Source of the DNA: Mobula hypostoma
Lineage: Eukaryota
Assembly: GCF_963921235.1 (NCBI RefSeq)
Contig: NC_086097.1
Location: 806,001 to 870,000 of the forward strand
Direction: 5' to 3'
Length of the DNA stretch: 64,000 nt
Part shown: one piece after another, positions 15,001-27,019 of the stretch
Layout of the letters: each line of letters begins with the position of its first letter
Position numbering within the stretch: position 1 is the first letter of the stretch
Program-made: the position numbers and the translations under genes
The notes under the pieces: generated by a model
Told to the model about the DNA's origin: nothing
Database searches by the model: none
Seen by the model: only the letters and a program-made list of their open reading frames with translations

Positions 15001-16354
15001 TACAGTGGCACACTGATGGACTGTAGTTACATGTGGGTTACAGTGGCACACTGATGGGCTGTAGTTTCAAGTGGGTTACAGTGACACACTGATGGACTGT
15101 AGTTACATGTGGGTTAGAGTGACACACTGATGGACTATAGTTACATGTGGGTTAGAGTGACACACTGATGGACTGTAGTTACATGTGGGTTACAGTGGCA
15201 CACTGATGGGCTGTAGTTACATGTGGGTTACAGTGACACACTGATGGACTGTAATTACATGTGGGTTACAGTGGCACACTGATGGGCTGTAGTTTCAAGT
15301 GGGTTACAGTGACACACTGATGGACTGTAGTTACATGTGGGTTAGAGTGACACACTGATGGACTGTAGTTACATGTGGGTTAGAGTGACACACTGATGGA
15401 CTGTAGTTACAAGTGGGTTAGAGTGACACACTGATGGACTGTAGTTACAAGAGGGTTAGAGTGACACACTGATGGACTGTAGTTACAAGTGGATTAGAGT
15501 GGCACACTGATGGACTGTAGTTACATGTGGGTTACAGAGACACACTGATGGGCTGTAGTTACATGTGGGTTACAGAGACACACTGATGGGCTGTAGTTAC
15601 ATGTGGGTTACAGTGGCACACTGATCGATTGTAGTTACATGTGGGCTACAATGGCACACCGATGGACTGTAGTTACATGTGGTTTAGAGTGGCACACTGA
15701 TGGGCTGTAGTTACAAGTGGGTTAGAGTGACACACTGATGGACTGTAGTTACCTGTGGGTTAGAGTGACACACTGATGGGCTGTAGTTACAAGTGGGTCA
15801 GTTTGACACACTGATGGGCTGTGGTTATATGTGGATTAGAGTGACTCACTGATGGGCTATAGTTACATGTGGGTTAGAGTGACACACTGATGGGCTGTTG
15901 TTACATGTGGGTTAGAATGACACACTGATGGGCTGTAGTTACATGTGGGTTAGAATGACACACTGATGGGCTGTAGTTACATGTGGGTCAGCTTGACACA
16001 CCTGATGGCGTGTAGTTACACGTGGGTCAGTTTGATACACTGATGGACTGCAGTTACATGTGGGTCAGTTTGACACACTGATGGACTGTAATTACAAGTG
16101 TGTTAGAGTGACACACTGATGGGCTGTAGTTACATGTGGGTCAGCTTGACACACCTGATGGCGTGTAGTTACACGTGGGTCAGTTTGATACACTGATGGA
16201 CTGCAGTTACATGTGGGTCAGTTTGACACACTGATGGACTGTAGTTACAAGTGTGTTAGAGTGACACACTGATGGGCTGTAGTTACATGTGGGTCAGTTT
16301 GACATACTGATGGACTGGAGGTACGCGTGGATCAGTGTGACACACTGAAGGACT
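1..16354 (+). repeat. 38-bp tandem satellite, consensus ~CTGTAGTTACA(A/T)GTGGGTTA(C/G)AGTG(A/G)CACACTGATGG(A/G); open at the left window edge
   Basis: CTGTAGTTAC recurs at 1, 39, 77 and onward continuously to ~16350. Recurrent 36-, 33- and 28-bp deletion variants. No ORFs in the track. Confidence 0.98.
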
Positions 16355-16419
16355 TCAGAATTTACTTTGGCTAACTCCTCTGTCATACCACTGTATCTCT
16401 TTACAAGTAGGCAATATAC

Positions 16420-16900
16420 CATCTAAATGTTGCTATCGCGCTCACGGAACCTCATTTTTGTTCCTCTAATCAAGGATTTCCTATCAACGATGCAGTCCTC
16501 TTGATCTCTCTTCTCTTCTCGGCCACAGCACGACGCTTAGTGCCAAACACCCAGTTACTGTGGCTTCCCCCAGTAAGTTGTTCTTCTCAATACTATCTCA
16601 AGTTGTATAATTATTATTGTGGAGAACGGCCACAGGTGTACTCTGTTCTGGCTACGTATTACTCCTTCTCCTGATATCACCCAGTTACCTGTCTCCTGCA
16701 ACGTAGGGGTAACTACCTCCCTCCATCTCCTGTCTATCACCTCCTCATTTTCCCATGTAGTCAAAGGTCATCAAGCTGCAGCTCCAGTTCCTTAATACAT
16801 TCTCTCAGGAGCTGCAATTCAGTGCACCTGGTGCAGATGTTCTTATCTTGGAGACTGAAGGTCTCCCAGACTTCCTGCATCCCACACAGAATTTAAAACA
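16420..16900 (-). mobile_element. Degenerate CR1 LINE ORF1 fragment
   Basis: ORF 16555..16764 (ENEEVIDRRWREVVTPTLQETGNWV) resembles ORF 24077..24421 (ENEEIMDSSYREVVTPKEQRTGNWV). Adjacent sequence resembles the start of the esterase region. Confidence 0.8.
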
Positions 16901-17049
16901 CTCCCTTTGGAGCCTCTCTCACTCAAGTTCTATGCTCTAACAGATGAGAAATGAACAAATAAGAACAGAGAGAGAGAGTAACGTACAAGATACGTTACCT
17001 CACCCAAGTCTAATGAGCCAAAGCCACTCTAAAGACCCGTAACGCCGCT

Positions 17050-18550
17050 TCAAGGAATTATGGATCTGCATTCCCAGATCGCTCTTTTCCACTGTACTCC
17101 TCACTGCCCTACTGCTCACTGCGCAAGACCTCCTTACCCTGACTGGTTTTCCCAAAGTACACTTCACACTTGTCTGCATTGAATTCCATGTGCCATTTTT
17201 CAGCCAGTCCAGATCCCGCTGCAAGCCTTGATAGCCTTCCTCCGTGTCATCCGCAAATTTGCTGATCTAGTTTTCCACTTTATTATTCAGGTTGTTGATA
17301 TAGATGACAAAAAACAATGGACCCAGCACTGATCCCTACAGCACTCCACTAGCCACAGGCCCCCGGTCAGAGAGGAAAGCATCTACAACCACTCTCTGGC
17401 TTCTCCCACAAAGCCATGTCTCATCCAATTTACTATCTCCTCTTGAATGCCAAGTGACTCAACCTTGTTTACCAACTTCACATGCAGGACTTTGTCAAAG
17501 GCCTTGCTAAAACCCATGTAGACCACATCCACTGCCTTGCCTTCATCAACTTTCCTGTTAACTTCCTCAAAAAACTCTATAAGATTGGTTAGACAGGACT
17601 TTCCATGCACAAAGCCATGTTGACTTTCCTTAATCAGTCCCTGTCTATCCAAATACTTACATATCTGATCCATTAGTGTTAAACCTTACTTCTACTTATT
17701 CCCCGTTACCCGATGCAAGAACACACAGTACTACGGAAGATAAAGCAACAGCTTTTTTATTTAGTAGCTCGCTACTGGAGAGAGAGCACTTAGGCACACA
17801 CAAGGGCCCGTATCAGTGGTCTCTCTCTCAAAGCACAGACACAGAGTTTTTATATCATTTTTGTCATGTAGCAGGAAACAAGTTTTTAGCTACCCCCATA
17901 GTCACTTGCCCAGCAATAGTGGTATTTTAAGACAAAGATCCCTTAGTTACCTTAAAAGGCAAAAGCCATCAAACTCAAGACAATGTGCACGATTAGGTAA
18001 TTCCTCACTTTTCAACCGTAGTTTCATACTTCTTATACAGAATAATTAAATTACTACATCCTGTCCTGCAAGTGAAACAAGGATTGCAAGGTCATATTGA
18101 ACCTTTGTCCAACTTAAGAGTATTTATAAAACTAGCTTACGAGACAAAGACTGAAAAGCGGAACCCAATTCACAAAACATAACTTCTGCAAAATTGTCAG
18201 TCTGAAAGCAACACAGGCAGACTACCCAGACAGAAGTCCGAGCAACCCCTCCTCACAAGGGTCCGAAACCCGCCCCCCCAAACCCCTTCAACCCTTCAAC
18301 ACCTCATTAGAATACCTTCCAATAACTTTCCCAATACTGATGTCAGGCTCACCAGCCTATCATTTCTTGGCTTATTCTTAGAGCCTTTCCTAAACAACGG
18401 AACAACATTAGTTATCCTCTGATCCTCTGGTACCTCACCTCCAGCTAAGGACATTTAAGTATCTCAGCCAGAGCCCCTGCAATTTCTGCACTAGCCTCCC
18501 ACAGGATCTGAGGGAACATCTTGTCTGGCCCTGGGGATTTATCCACCCTT
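17050..18550 (-). mobile_element. Degenerate CR1 LINE reverse-transcriptase fragment, interrupted by a solo LTR
   Basis: ORF 17383..17673 [21 protein letters not shown]...[10 protein letters not shown]1 sequence resumes at ~18305. Confidence 0.88.
17677..18301 (-). mobile_element. Probable solo LTR (~625 bp)
   Basis: Imperfect inverted termini TGTTAAA...TTCAACA. On the minus strand TATAAAAA (~17850) precedes AATAAA (~17757) and the terminal CA. CATTAG is repeated at 17671-17676 and 18305-18310. Confidence 0.65.
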
Positions 18551-18551
18551 A

Positions 18552-18722
18552 GTGGAATGCACTGTCTGAGTCAGTGGTGGAGACAGATACATTAGTGAAG
18601 TTTAAGAGACTACTAGACAGGCATATGGAGGAATTTAAGGTGGGGGGTTATATGGGAGGCAGGGTTTGAGGGTCGGCACAACAATGTGGGCCGAAGGGCC
18701 TGTAATGTGCTGTACTGTTCTA
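18552..18722 (+). mobile_element. CR1 3'-terminal fragment (subfamily of the 60032-63128 copy)
   Basis: Matches the reverse complement of ~60050-60215 (GGTCGGCACAAC...GGGCCGAAGGGCCTG...GTGCTGTACT). Confidence 0.85.
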
Positions 18723-19059
18723 GTTTGCCTGTGCTGGGACTAGGTAGAATAACAGTTTGACATGGGCCTGCTTCTCTGCTGTAGTGTTTTATGACTGTAA
18801 GTTAAATAATAGACATATTAGATGGGCGTTGATAAGAATGAATATTTCACTCAATGAACATAGGAGTCTTGAACTCACTATCTGAATGATGGTGGAGAGA
18901 GAGAGAGACTCTCACTACATTTAAAAAGTTACCTGGATGAGGATAATTTATGGGATTCTGCTCCAAGAACTGGGAATTAGGATTAATTTTAAGAACATCC
19001 TTGACCACCGGGCCACAGGATGTGAAGTGGCAAATTTCAAGAAGTATTTAAGAATGGAC

Positions 19060-19240
19060 AGATAAAAACAGAAAATAATGGAAATAAATACTCAGCGGGC
19101 TCAGAGAGGATGAAAGACAATGTTTCAATTTGATGACCTTTCATCAGAATGGAGAAAACCAGAACTGAAATACATTTAAGTTGTAGAAGATGCAGAGGGT
19201 TAGAGAGAACAAAAAGAATGCATGATAGCATGGAGACCAC
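19060..19240 (-). mobile_element. Old Penelope-like repeat remnant with decayed hammerhead-like core
   Basis: Minus strand TTCTGATGAAAGGTCATCAAATTGAAACATTG at ~19118-19149 parallels the core of the younger copies. Confidence 0.45.
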
Positions 19241-20568
19241 AAGGTGCCAAATGGTCCGTTCCTGCTTCTTTTTTCTGCATCCATGTTTAGTGTTATGAAA
19301 TGCTGGAGTACAGATCCAGTCCTGGCCTTAAGTAAGGATGTGCAGGCCCTGGAGAGGATACAGAAGTGATTCTGGCATGAGGCCCATTAGTTATCATGAT
19401 AGACCAGAGAAGCTGGAATAGTATCATTGAAACAGAGGAGGTCAATCTGATAGCAAAGAAAACATAGAAACTGGTGGAGGGGTCAAAAGCCAGGGAAACT
19501 GGGATGAAAGTGAAATGAAGGACAATACCTATTATGCAGGGAGGGAGGACAGGATCTGGAGTGGACTGGCAGGGACTGTAGCGCAGACAGATTGAGTTGT
19601 AGTGTCCAAAGAAGAATTAAATATGTACTTAAAGGGGGAAAAAAGTAGGAATGTGGAGAAAGAGTGGGGAAGATGGACTGGATGAATCATCCTTCATGGA
19701 TATAACAAACTCAATTTCTTCCTTCACGGATGCAATATTTCTGGGATTCCATTCAATCATTCCCCAAAAGGGTCACCAGCTCTGTGCCCACGTACACTAC
19801 CTCACCAGTTCTTTGTCTTTTTGCACTATTTATTATATATCTTGTTAATAAAAACTACAAATTACAATATTTATTACACTGTACTACCACCGCAAAATAA
19901 CACATTTCATGACGTATGGTAGTGATATTAAACCTGATTCAGATTCTTCTTGTTACCTTCTCAGAAGGTTCTATTGCAATTCAATGTTTTCTTATAAATG
20001 CCACTTGCACAAATTAGAAATCTGCAGATGATTTAAGGACAGTAATGTCATAAACATGATAAAAGATCTCCAATGACAACAATTTGTATTAATGTAACAG
20101 CCCTAGCAAGAGCCCAAAGCACACCATCAGATGTTGTCAAAAACTGATGCCACATTATGGCAGGGGAACAAAAGTTTGATTAATGACATCATTTCTAAAA
20201 AGTACATAAAGGAGAAAAGAAAGTTAGAAGAATACTTAGCATGCAGAAAGTTCTGGAAGCTGGGCAACAAAGAGAACAGTGATGAACTGAAACATATCAA
20301 TAATACCCCAGCGCAGTAAAATTTAAAAAGGCGATTGTTGACTTCAGGAAAGGGAAAGAGCGTGACCATGCAATGAAAATAAGATTCAGATTTACTTATT
20401 TATCACATTTATGTTGAGCAAAATGTCTCATTTTCAACTTTCATTCCTGCTCGTTGCTGCCAATACACACTTCTGTTGATTCTGATATCTTAGAAAACCA
20501 TAGAAACCGTAAAAAAAACTACAGCACAGAAACAAGACCCTTCTTGGCTGTGCCGAACCATTTTCTGC

Positions 20569-23485
20569 CTAGTCCCACTGACCTACACACGGACCATATC
20601 CCTCCATACACCTCCCATCCATGTATCTGTCCAATTTATTCTTAAATGTTAAAAAAGAACCCGCATTTACCACCTCGTCTGGCAGCTCATTCCATACTCC
20701 CACCACTCTCTGTGTGAAGAAGCTCCCCCCCCAATGTTCCCTTTAAACTTTTCTCCCCTCACCCTTAACCCATGTCCTCTGGTTTTTTTCTCCCCTTGCC
20801 TCAGTGGAAAAAGCCTGCTTGCATTCACTCTATCTACACCCATCATAATTTTACATACCTCTATCAAATCTCCCCTCGTTCTTCTACGCTCCAGGGAATA
20901 AAGTCCTAACCTATTCAACCTTTCTCTGTAACTGAGTTTCTCAAGTCCCGGCAACATCCTTGTAAACCTTCTCTGCACTCTTTCAACCTTATTTATATCC
21001 TTCCTGTAATTTGGTGACCAAAACTGAACACAATACTCCAGATTCGGCCTCACCAATGCCTTATACAACCTCATTATAACATTCCAGCTCTTATACTCAA
21101 TACTTTGATTAATAAAGGCCAATATACCAAAAGCTCTCTTTACCTGTGACGCCACTTTTAGGAAATTTTGTATCTGTATTCCCAGATCCCTCTGTTCTAC
21201 TGCACTCCTCAGTGCCTTACCATTTACCCTGTATGTTCTACCTTGGTTTGTCCTTCCAACGTGCAATACCTCACACTTGTCAGTATTAAACTCCATCTGC
21301 CATTTTTCAGCCCATTTTTCCAGCTGGTCCAAATCCCTCTGCAGGCTCTGAAAACCTTCCTCACTGTCTACTACACCTCCAATCTTCGTATCATCAGCAA
21401 ATTTTCTGATCCAATTTACCACATTATCATCCAGATCATTGATATAGATGACAAATAACAATGGACCCAGCACTGATCCTTGTGGCACACCACTAGTCAC
21501 AGGCCTCCACTCGGAGAAGCAATTCTCTACTACCACTCTTTGGCTTCTACCATTGAGCCAATGTCTAATCCAATTTACCACCCCTCCATGTATACCTAGC
21601 GAATGAATTTTCCTAACTAACCTCCCATGCGGGACCTTGTCAAAGGCCTTACTGAAGTCCATGTAGACAATATCCACTGCCTTCCCTTCATCCACTTTCC
21701 TGGTAACGTCCTTGAAAAACTCCAATAGGTTGGTCAAACATGACCTACAACGCACAAAGCCATGTTGACTCTCCCTAATAAGTCCCTGTCTATCCAAATG
21801 CTTGTAGATTCTGTCTCTTAGTACTCCCTCCAATAACTTACCTACTACCAACGTTAAACTTACTGGCCTATAATTTCCCAGATTACTTTTCAATCCTTTT
21901 TTAAACAACGGAATAACATGAGCCACTCTCCAATCCTCCGGCACCTCACCTGTAGACAGCGACATTTTAAATATTTCTGCCAGGGCCCCCGCAATTTCAA
22001 CACTAGTCTCCTTCAAGGTCCGAGGGAACAACCTGTCAGGTCCCAGGGATTTATCCACTTTAAGTTTCCTCAAGACAGCAAGCACCTCCTCCTTTTCAAT
22101 CTGTACAGTTTCCATGATCTCACTACTTGTTTCCCTTAACTCCATAGACTTCATGCCAGTTTCCTTAGTAAATACAGACGCAAAAAACCTAATAAAGATC
22201 TCCCCCATTTCCTTTGGTTCCGCACATAGCCGACCACTCTGATCTTCAAGAGGATCAATTTTATCCCTTACAATCCTTTTGCTTTTAATATACCTGTAAA
22301 AGCTCTTTGGATTATCCTTCACTTTGACTGCCAAGGCAACCTCATGTCTTCTTTTAGCCCTCCTGATTTCTTTCTTAAGTATTTTCTTGCACTTTTTATA
22401 CTCCTCAAGCACCTTATTTACTCCCTGCTTCCTATACATGTCATACAACTCCCTCTTCTTCTTTATCAGATTTCCAATATCCCTTGAGAACCAAGGTTCC
22501 TTATTCCTATTCACTTTGCCTTTAATCCTGACAGGAACATACAAACTCTGCACTCTCAAAATTTCTCCTTTGAAGGCTTCCCACCTACCGATCACACCTT
22601 TGCCAGGGAACAACCTGTCCCAATCCACGCTTTTTAGATCCTTTCTCATTTCTTCAAATTTGGCCTTCTTCAGTTCAGAACCTCAACCCTAGGACCAGAT
22701 CTATCCTTGTCCATGATCAAGTTGAAAGTAATGGTGTTATGATCACTGGAACCAAAGTGCTCCTCTACACAGACTTCCGTCACTTGTCCTAACTCGTTTC
22801 CTAACAGGAGATCCAATATTGTATCCCCTCTAGTTGGTCCCTCTATATATTGATTTAGAAAACTTTCCTGAACACATTTTACAAACTCTAACCCATCTAG
22901 ACCCCTAACAGTATGGGAGTCCCAATCAATATATGGAAAATTAAAATCCCCGACCACCACAACTTTATGTTTCCTGCAGTTGCCTGCTATCTCTCTGCAG
23001 ATTTGCTCCTCCAATTCTCGTTGACTATTGGGTGGTCTGTAATACAATCCCACTAATGTGGCCATACCTTTCCTGTTTCTCAGCTCCACCCATAAGGACT
23101 CAGTAGACAAGCCCTCTAATCTGTCCTGCCTGAGCACTGCTGTAATATTTTCCCTAACAAGCGATGCTACTCCCCCACCTTTCATTCCTCTGCCTCGATC
23201 ACATCTGAAACATCGGAACCCTGGAACATTAAGCTGCCAGTCCTGCCCCTCCTGTAGCCACGTTTCACTAGTTGCTATAATGTCATAATTCTACGTGTCA
23301 ATTCATGCCCTCAACTCATCCGCCTTCCCCGCAATACTCCTAGCATTGAAATATATACACCTCAGAAGATTTTTACCACCACTCACAACCTTTCTATTAG
23401 CGAATTTGCTTGAACTTTTAACATCATTTATTTTCACCCCAGCCACACTGTCAGCTCTGGCACTCTGGTTCCCATCCCCCTGCAA
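20569..23485 (-). pseudogene. CR1 ORF2 (AP endonuclease + reverse transcriptase), disrupted
   Basis: YFNARSI, YYRPP, GDFN, LDL, SDH (APE); [32 protein letters not shown] (RT). Two in-frame stops near 23291-23305, a 1-nt deletion near 22670 and a frameshift at the poly-C run near 20724-20732. Confidence 0.93.
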
Positions 23486-23487
23486 AT

Positions 23488-24090
23488 CTAGTTTAAAGCC
23501 TCCCCAATAGCACTAACAAACCTCCCTGAAAGGATATTGGTCCCCCTGTTCAAGTGTAACCCATCTCTCTTGTACAGGTCCCACCTGCCCCAGAAGAGGT
23601 CCCAATGATCCTGAAATCTGAAACCCTGCCCCCTACACCAGTTTCTCAGCCACTTGTTCATCCTCCAGAGCATCCTATTCCTACCCTCACTGGCACCTAG
23701 CACAGGTAGCAATCCTGAGATTACCACCCTGGAAGTCCTGCTTTTCAACTTCCTACCAAGCTCTCTATACTCACTCTCCAGGACCTCCTCACTCTTCCTT
23801 GCTATGTCATTGGTACTGATGTGCACCACGACATCTGGCTGATCACCCTCCCACTTCAGAGTGTCATGCAAGCGATCAGAGACATCCTTGACCCTGGCAC
23901 CTGGGAGGCAACAAACCATCCTGGATTCTCTGTCACGACCACAGAACCTCCTATCTGCACCTCCTACTATCGAGTCCCCTATCACTACCGCTCTCCTCTT
24001 TTTCCACCCTCCCTTCTGCACTGCAGAGCCAGACTCAGTGCCAGAGGTCCGGCTACTGCAGCTTGTCCCAGGTAAGTCATCCCCCCCCAA
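23488..24090 (-). pseudogene. CR1 ORF1 SGNH/GDSL esterase-like domain
   Basis: VVIGDSIV, LPGAR, VHISTND and DGLHLN blocks characteristic of SGNH hydrolase domains in CR1 ORF1p. Confidence 0.88.
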
Positions 24091-24421
24091 CAGTATCCAA
24101 TGCAGTATACTTGTTGTTGAGGGGAATGGCCACAGGGGAACCCTGCTCTGCCTGCCCTTTCCTCTTCCCTCGCCTGACAGTGACCCAATTTCCTGTCCTC
24201 TGCTCTTTTGGCGTAACTACCTCCCTGTAGCTACTATCCATAATCTCCTCGTTCTCCCGAATGATCCGCAGGTCATCCAGCTCCTGCTCCAGTTCCCTAA
24301 AGCAGTTTGTCAGGAGCTGCAGCTCGATGCACTTCTTGCATGTGTCGTTGTCAGGGACACTGGAGGGCTCCCTGACTTCCCGCATCCTGCAAGAGGAGCA
24401 TTCCAACATCCTGCCTGGCAT
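24077..24421 (-). pseudogene. CR1 ORF1 N-terminal part: Cys-rich zinc finger plus coiled-coil
   Basis: CSSC...CKKC motif followed by heptad-like LQLLTNCFRELEQELDDLR. Frame changes to the esterase ORF at a poly-C run (~24081-24088). Confidence 0.8.
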
Positions 24422-24540
24422 TGTCTCTACTCTAAACTATCTGAACAAAAAAAAACTTACCAGAACCTACCCTGGCCTCTGCCTGTTCTCGCCGAAGCCT
24501 GTTGAGCCAGAGCCGTCCCACTCTTACTCAGTCCACTCCG

Positions 24541-24605
24541 GCGATGGCCGCTGTATATGGCAGTCTGTTTTTAAACTTTAGCGCGCTACGTCACGCGCCT
24601 GCGCA
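24541..24605 (-). promoter_or_regulatory. Putative CR1 internal promoter motifs (NRF1-like, CRE-like, TATA-like, YY1-like)
   Basis: CGCGCCTGCGCA 24594-24605, TACGTCA 24587-24593, minus-strand TTTAAAAA ~24567-24574 and GCGGCCAT ~24544-24551, with CpGs retained. Confidence 0.4.
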
Positions 24606-24959
24606 GTGCAGACCCTTCTCCCCGAGCAGTGTTTTTAAAAAAATGACTTTTTCTACCCGAGTTCTTCTCTCCCTTCTCAGCTGCTTGCTTCGACTGAAAC
24701 CTTTTCCATTAATGTCCAAGTACTGAAGGATTTTTATAAGCTCTTCAAGTCTCACCTAAACAAAAACTACATAATTATCAATGAATCATAGGTATAGGTC
24801 TTTCTGATGGCACACTCACATCTCATTCTGAGGATGAAGATTACATTTTGTGTTTCACTATCTTCAATGAATTTGTATTGGGAACAAAGAGCAGGAATGA
24901 GACAAGTGATTTTGTCCAGATTAAGAGGGAAATCAGACAGGATTATGTTCCCTCACATA

Positions 24960-25215
24960 ACCTACAGAATTTCTTTAGCCAGAGAGTGGTGAATCTGTGG
25001 AATTCACTGCCACAGGTGGCTGTGGAGGCCAAGTTATTGGATGCATAAAAAGCAGGTTGATAGATTTTTGATTAGTCAGGGCATAAAGGGATACAGGAAG
25101 AAAGCAGGAGATTGGGCTGCAAGAGAAAATGGATCAGCCATGATGAAATAGTGGAGCAGACCTGATGTACCAAATGGCCTAATTCTGCTCCTATATCTAT
25201 ATTCTTATGGTCTCT
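24960..25215 (+). mobile_element. CR1 3'-terminal fragment
   Basis: FFSQRVVNLWNSLP coding end plus AATGGCCTAATTCTGCTCCTATATC...TTATGGTCT tail. Confidence 0.85.
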
Positions 25216-25217
25216 AT

Positions 25218-26253
25218 AGCAAGAAGATTCTAAGAGAAATTAGCAGTAATCCAGGCATGATAGAAACATAGAAACATAGAAAATAGGTGCAGGAGTCATA
25301 GGAACATAGTTAGGCCATTCAGCCCATCGAGTCTGCTCTGCCATTCCATCACAGCTGATCCTGGATCCTACTCAACCCCATACACCTGCCTTCTCGCCAT
25401 CTCCTTTGATGCCCTAACCGATCATAATTGGTGGATGCAATGTTAACAACTTAGACTATGCAGATGACATAGTGCTGATAGCTACTTCTAAAGAGAAACT
25501 CCAAGAAATACTAGAAAAAGGCGTCACAGAAAGTACAAAGAGAGGATTGACCATCAACTGCAAAAAGACTGGATGTATGATCGTCACAAAGAAGAAAGAC
25601 ATACAGAAATGTTAACTGAAAGTGGGCAACAAAACAATTAAACAAACATAGAAGTTCAATTAATTAGGGGTATGATAACATCTGATGGTAGGGCTGATGT
25701 TGAAACTGGGAGTAGTATTGGGATCGCTAAATACACGTCCAACCGTTTGAGCAAGATACTAAAGAATAACAGAATTTCTATTGGTACAAAACTCAGTGCT
25801 GCAATGCTACATCCATTCAACATTAAAATATGGAAGCAAATGTTGGATAATATCAAAGCAATATGAGGGAAGGCTCGAAGCTGTAGACATACGGTTTTTG
25901 AGAAGAATGATGAATATATCGTGGAAGGACAGAGTAACAAATGAGGAAGTGTTGCGAAAAGCCAGAATAAGAAGAGAGCTGATATCACCAATCAGGAAAA
26001 GGCAGCTGGAATTTCTGGCACATGTACTGATGAAAGGGAAGATTGAACATCTTGCAGCAATGGGAAATTTGATGGAAGAAAAAGTCGCAGTTGACAGCGC
26101 ATGACATTCGTGAGTCACAGCAAGGGATGGACAGACCAACATTTTGAAAAGCTTATTATTAGAACTTTTCACTTTAAAGACAGATGGAAGACCATGATCG
26201 CCCTCATCATATGGCATGGCACCTAAGGATGATGGTGATGATGATGATGACGA
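25218..26253 (+). mobile_element. RTE-clade LINE 3' fragment with (GAT)n tail; contains a short minus-strand CR1 tail at ~25260-25423
   Basis: Translates to NVNNLDYADDIVLIA...GLTINCKKT and ORF 25781..26104 (LKYGSKCW...RFLRRMMNISWKDRVTNEEVL...RKRQLEFLAHV). Ends in GATGATGAT. Confidence 0.85.
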
Positions 26254-27019
26254 CATTGAACATACAGTGAAATGCACTGTTTGCGTTAACAACCAACATG
26301 CCCAAGGATGTGCTCAGGGCAGCCTGTAAGTATTGCCCAACATAGCAGGTCCTCAGTGCTTGGTAGAACAACACAGAACACAACACAACAAGCAACAAAA
26401 CAACAATGCAACAACAACTCAGCATTGAAAAGGGTCAGTAGCTGGGCGCTCACATATCAGATGATCTGCCTGGGCCCAGCACATTGATATAATCATAAGG
26501 AAGGGTACCAGCAGCTCTACTTTCTTAGGTGGTTAAGGAGATTCAGCTCATCACCAAACACTTCTGCAGATACACTGATGAAAGTAGAGTGCAGACACAA
26601 GGGATGCTGGAATCTGGAGCAACAATCGCCTACAAGAACTTAGCAGATCGAGCAACATCTGTGGGAAGAAAGAAACTGTCCACATTTCAGAAAGAACTTT
26701 TAGGCAGTCAGTGCATTGAGGAGGGGTGTAGCGGGTGAACTCCTCACCCTACCCAACATTACCTGCTGTCATCTTACACCTCAACAATATCTTTCCTCCT
26801 ATCATTGCTGCTCAATCCTTCATCAGATGGAATTCAATGCAGACAAGTGCCAGGTGTTGCACTTTGGCAGGACAAACCAGAGTAGGTTTTACATGGTGGG
26901 TGGTAGGGCAGAGGGAGTACAGATCCATAATTCCTTCAAAATGGTGTCATAGTCAGGTAGGGTCATAAAGAAAGCTTTTGTCACATTAGCCGACATAAAT
27001 CAATGCACTAAATAATGTT

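Larger units (their letters stand above)
20491..24700 (-). mobile_element. Near full-length CR1 LINE (~4.2 kb)
   Basis: CpG-rich 5' region, ORF1 (zinc finger + esterase), ORF2 (APE + RT, FADD), 3' UTR and TTTCTATGG-like tail at ~20491-20510. No TSD found. Confidence 0.95.

Noticed and set aside
1..16354. CRISPR-like regular array or V(D)J recombination-signal cluster (TACAGTG/CACACTG resemble the RSS heptamer)
   Set aside because: No unique spacers, no cas genes, eukaryotic context; no nonamer at 12/23 spacing and no V/J segments.
21168..24581. Plus-strand ORFs overlapping the CR1 (and similar ones over other LINEs)
   Set aside because: Antisense shadows of retrotransposon ORFs.
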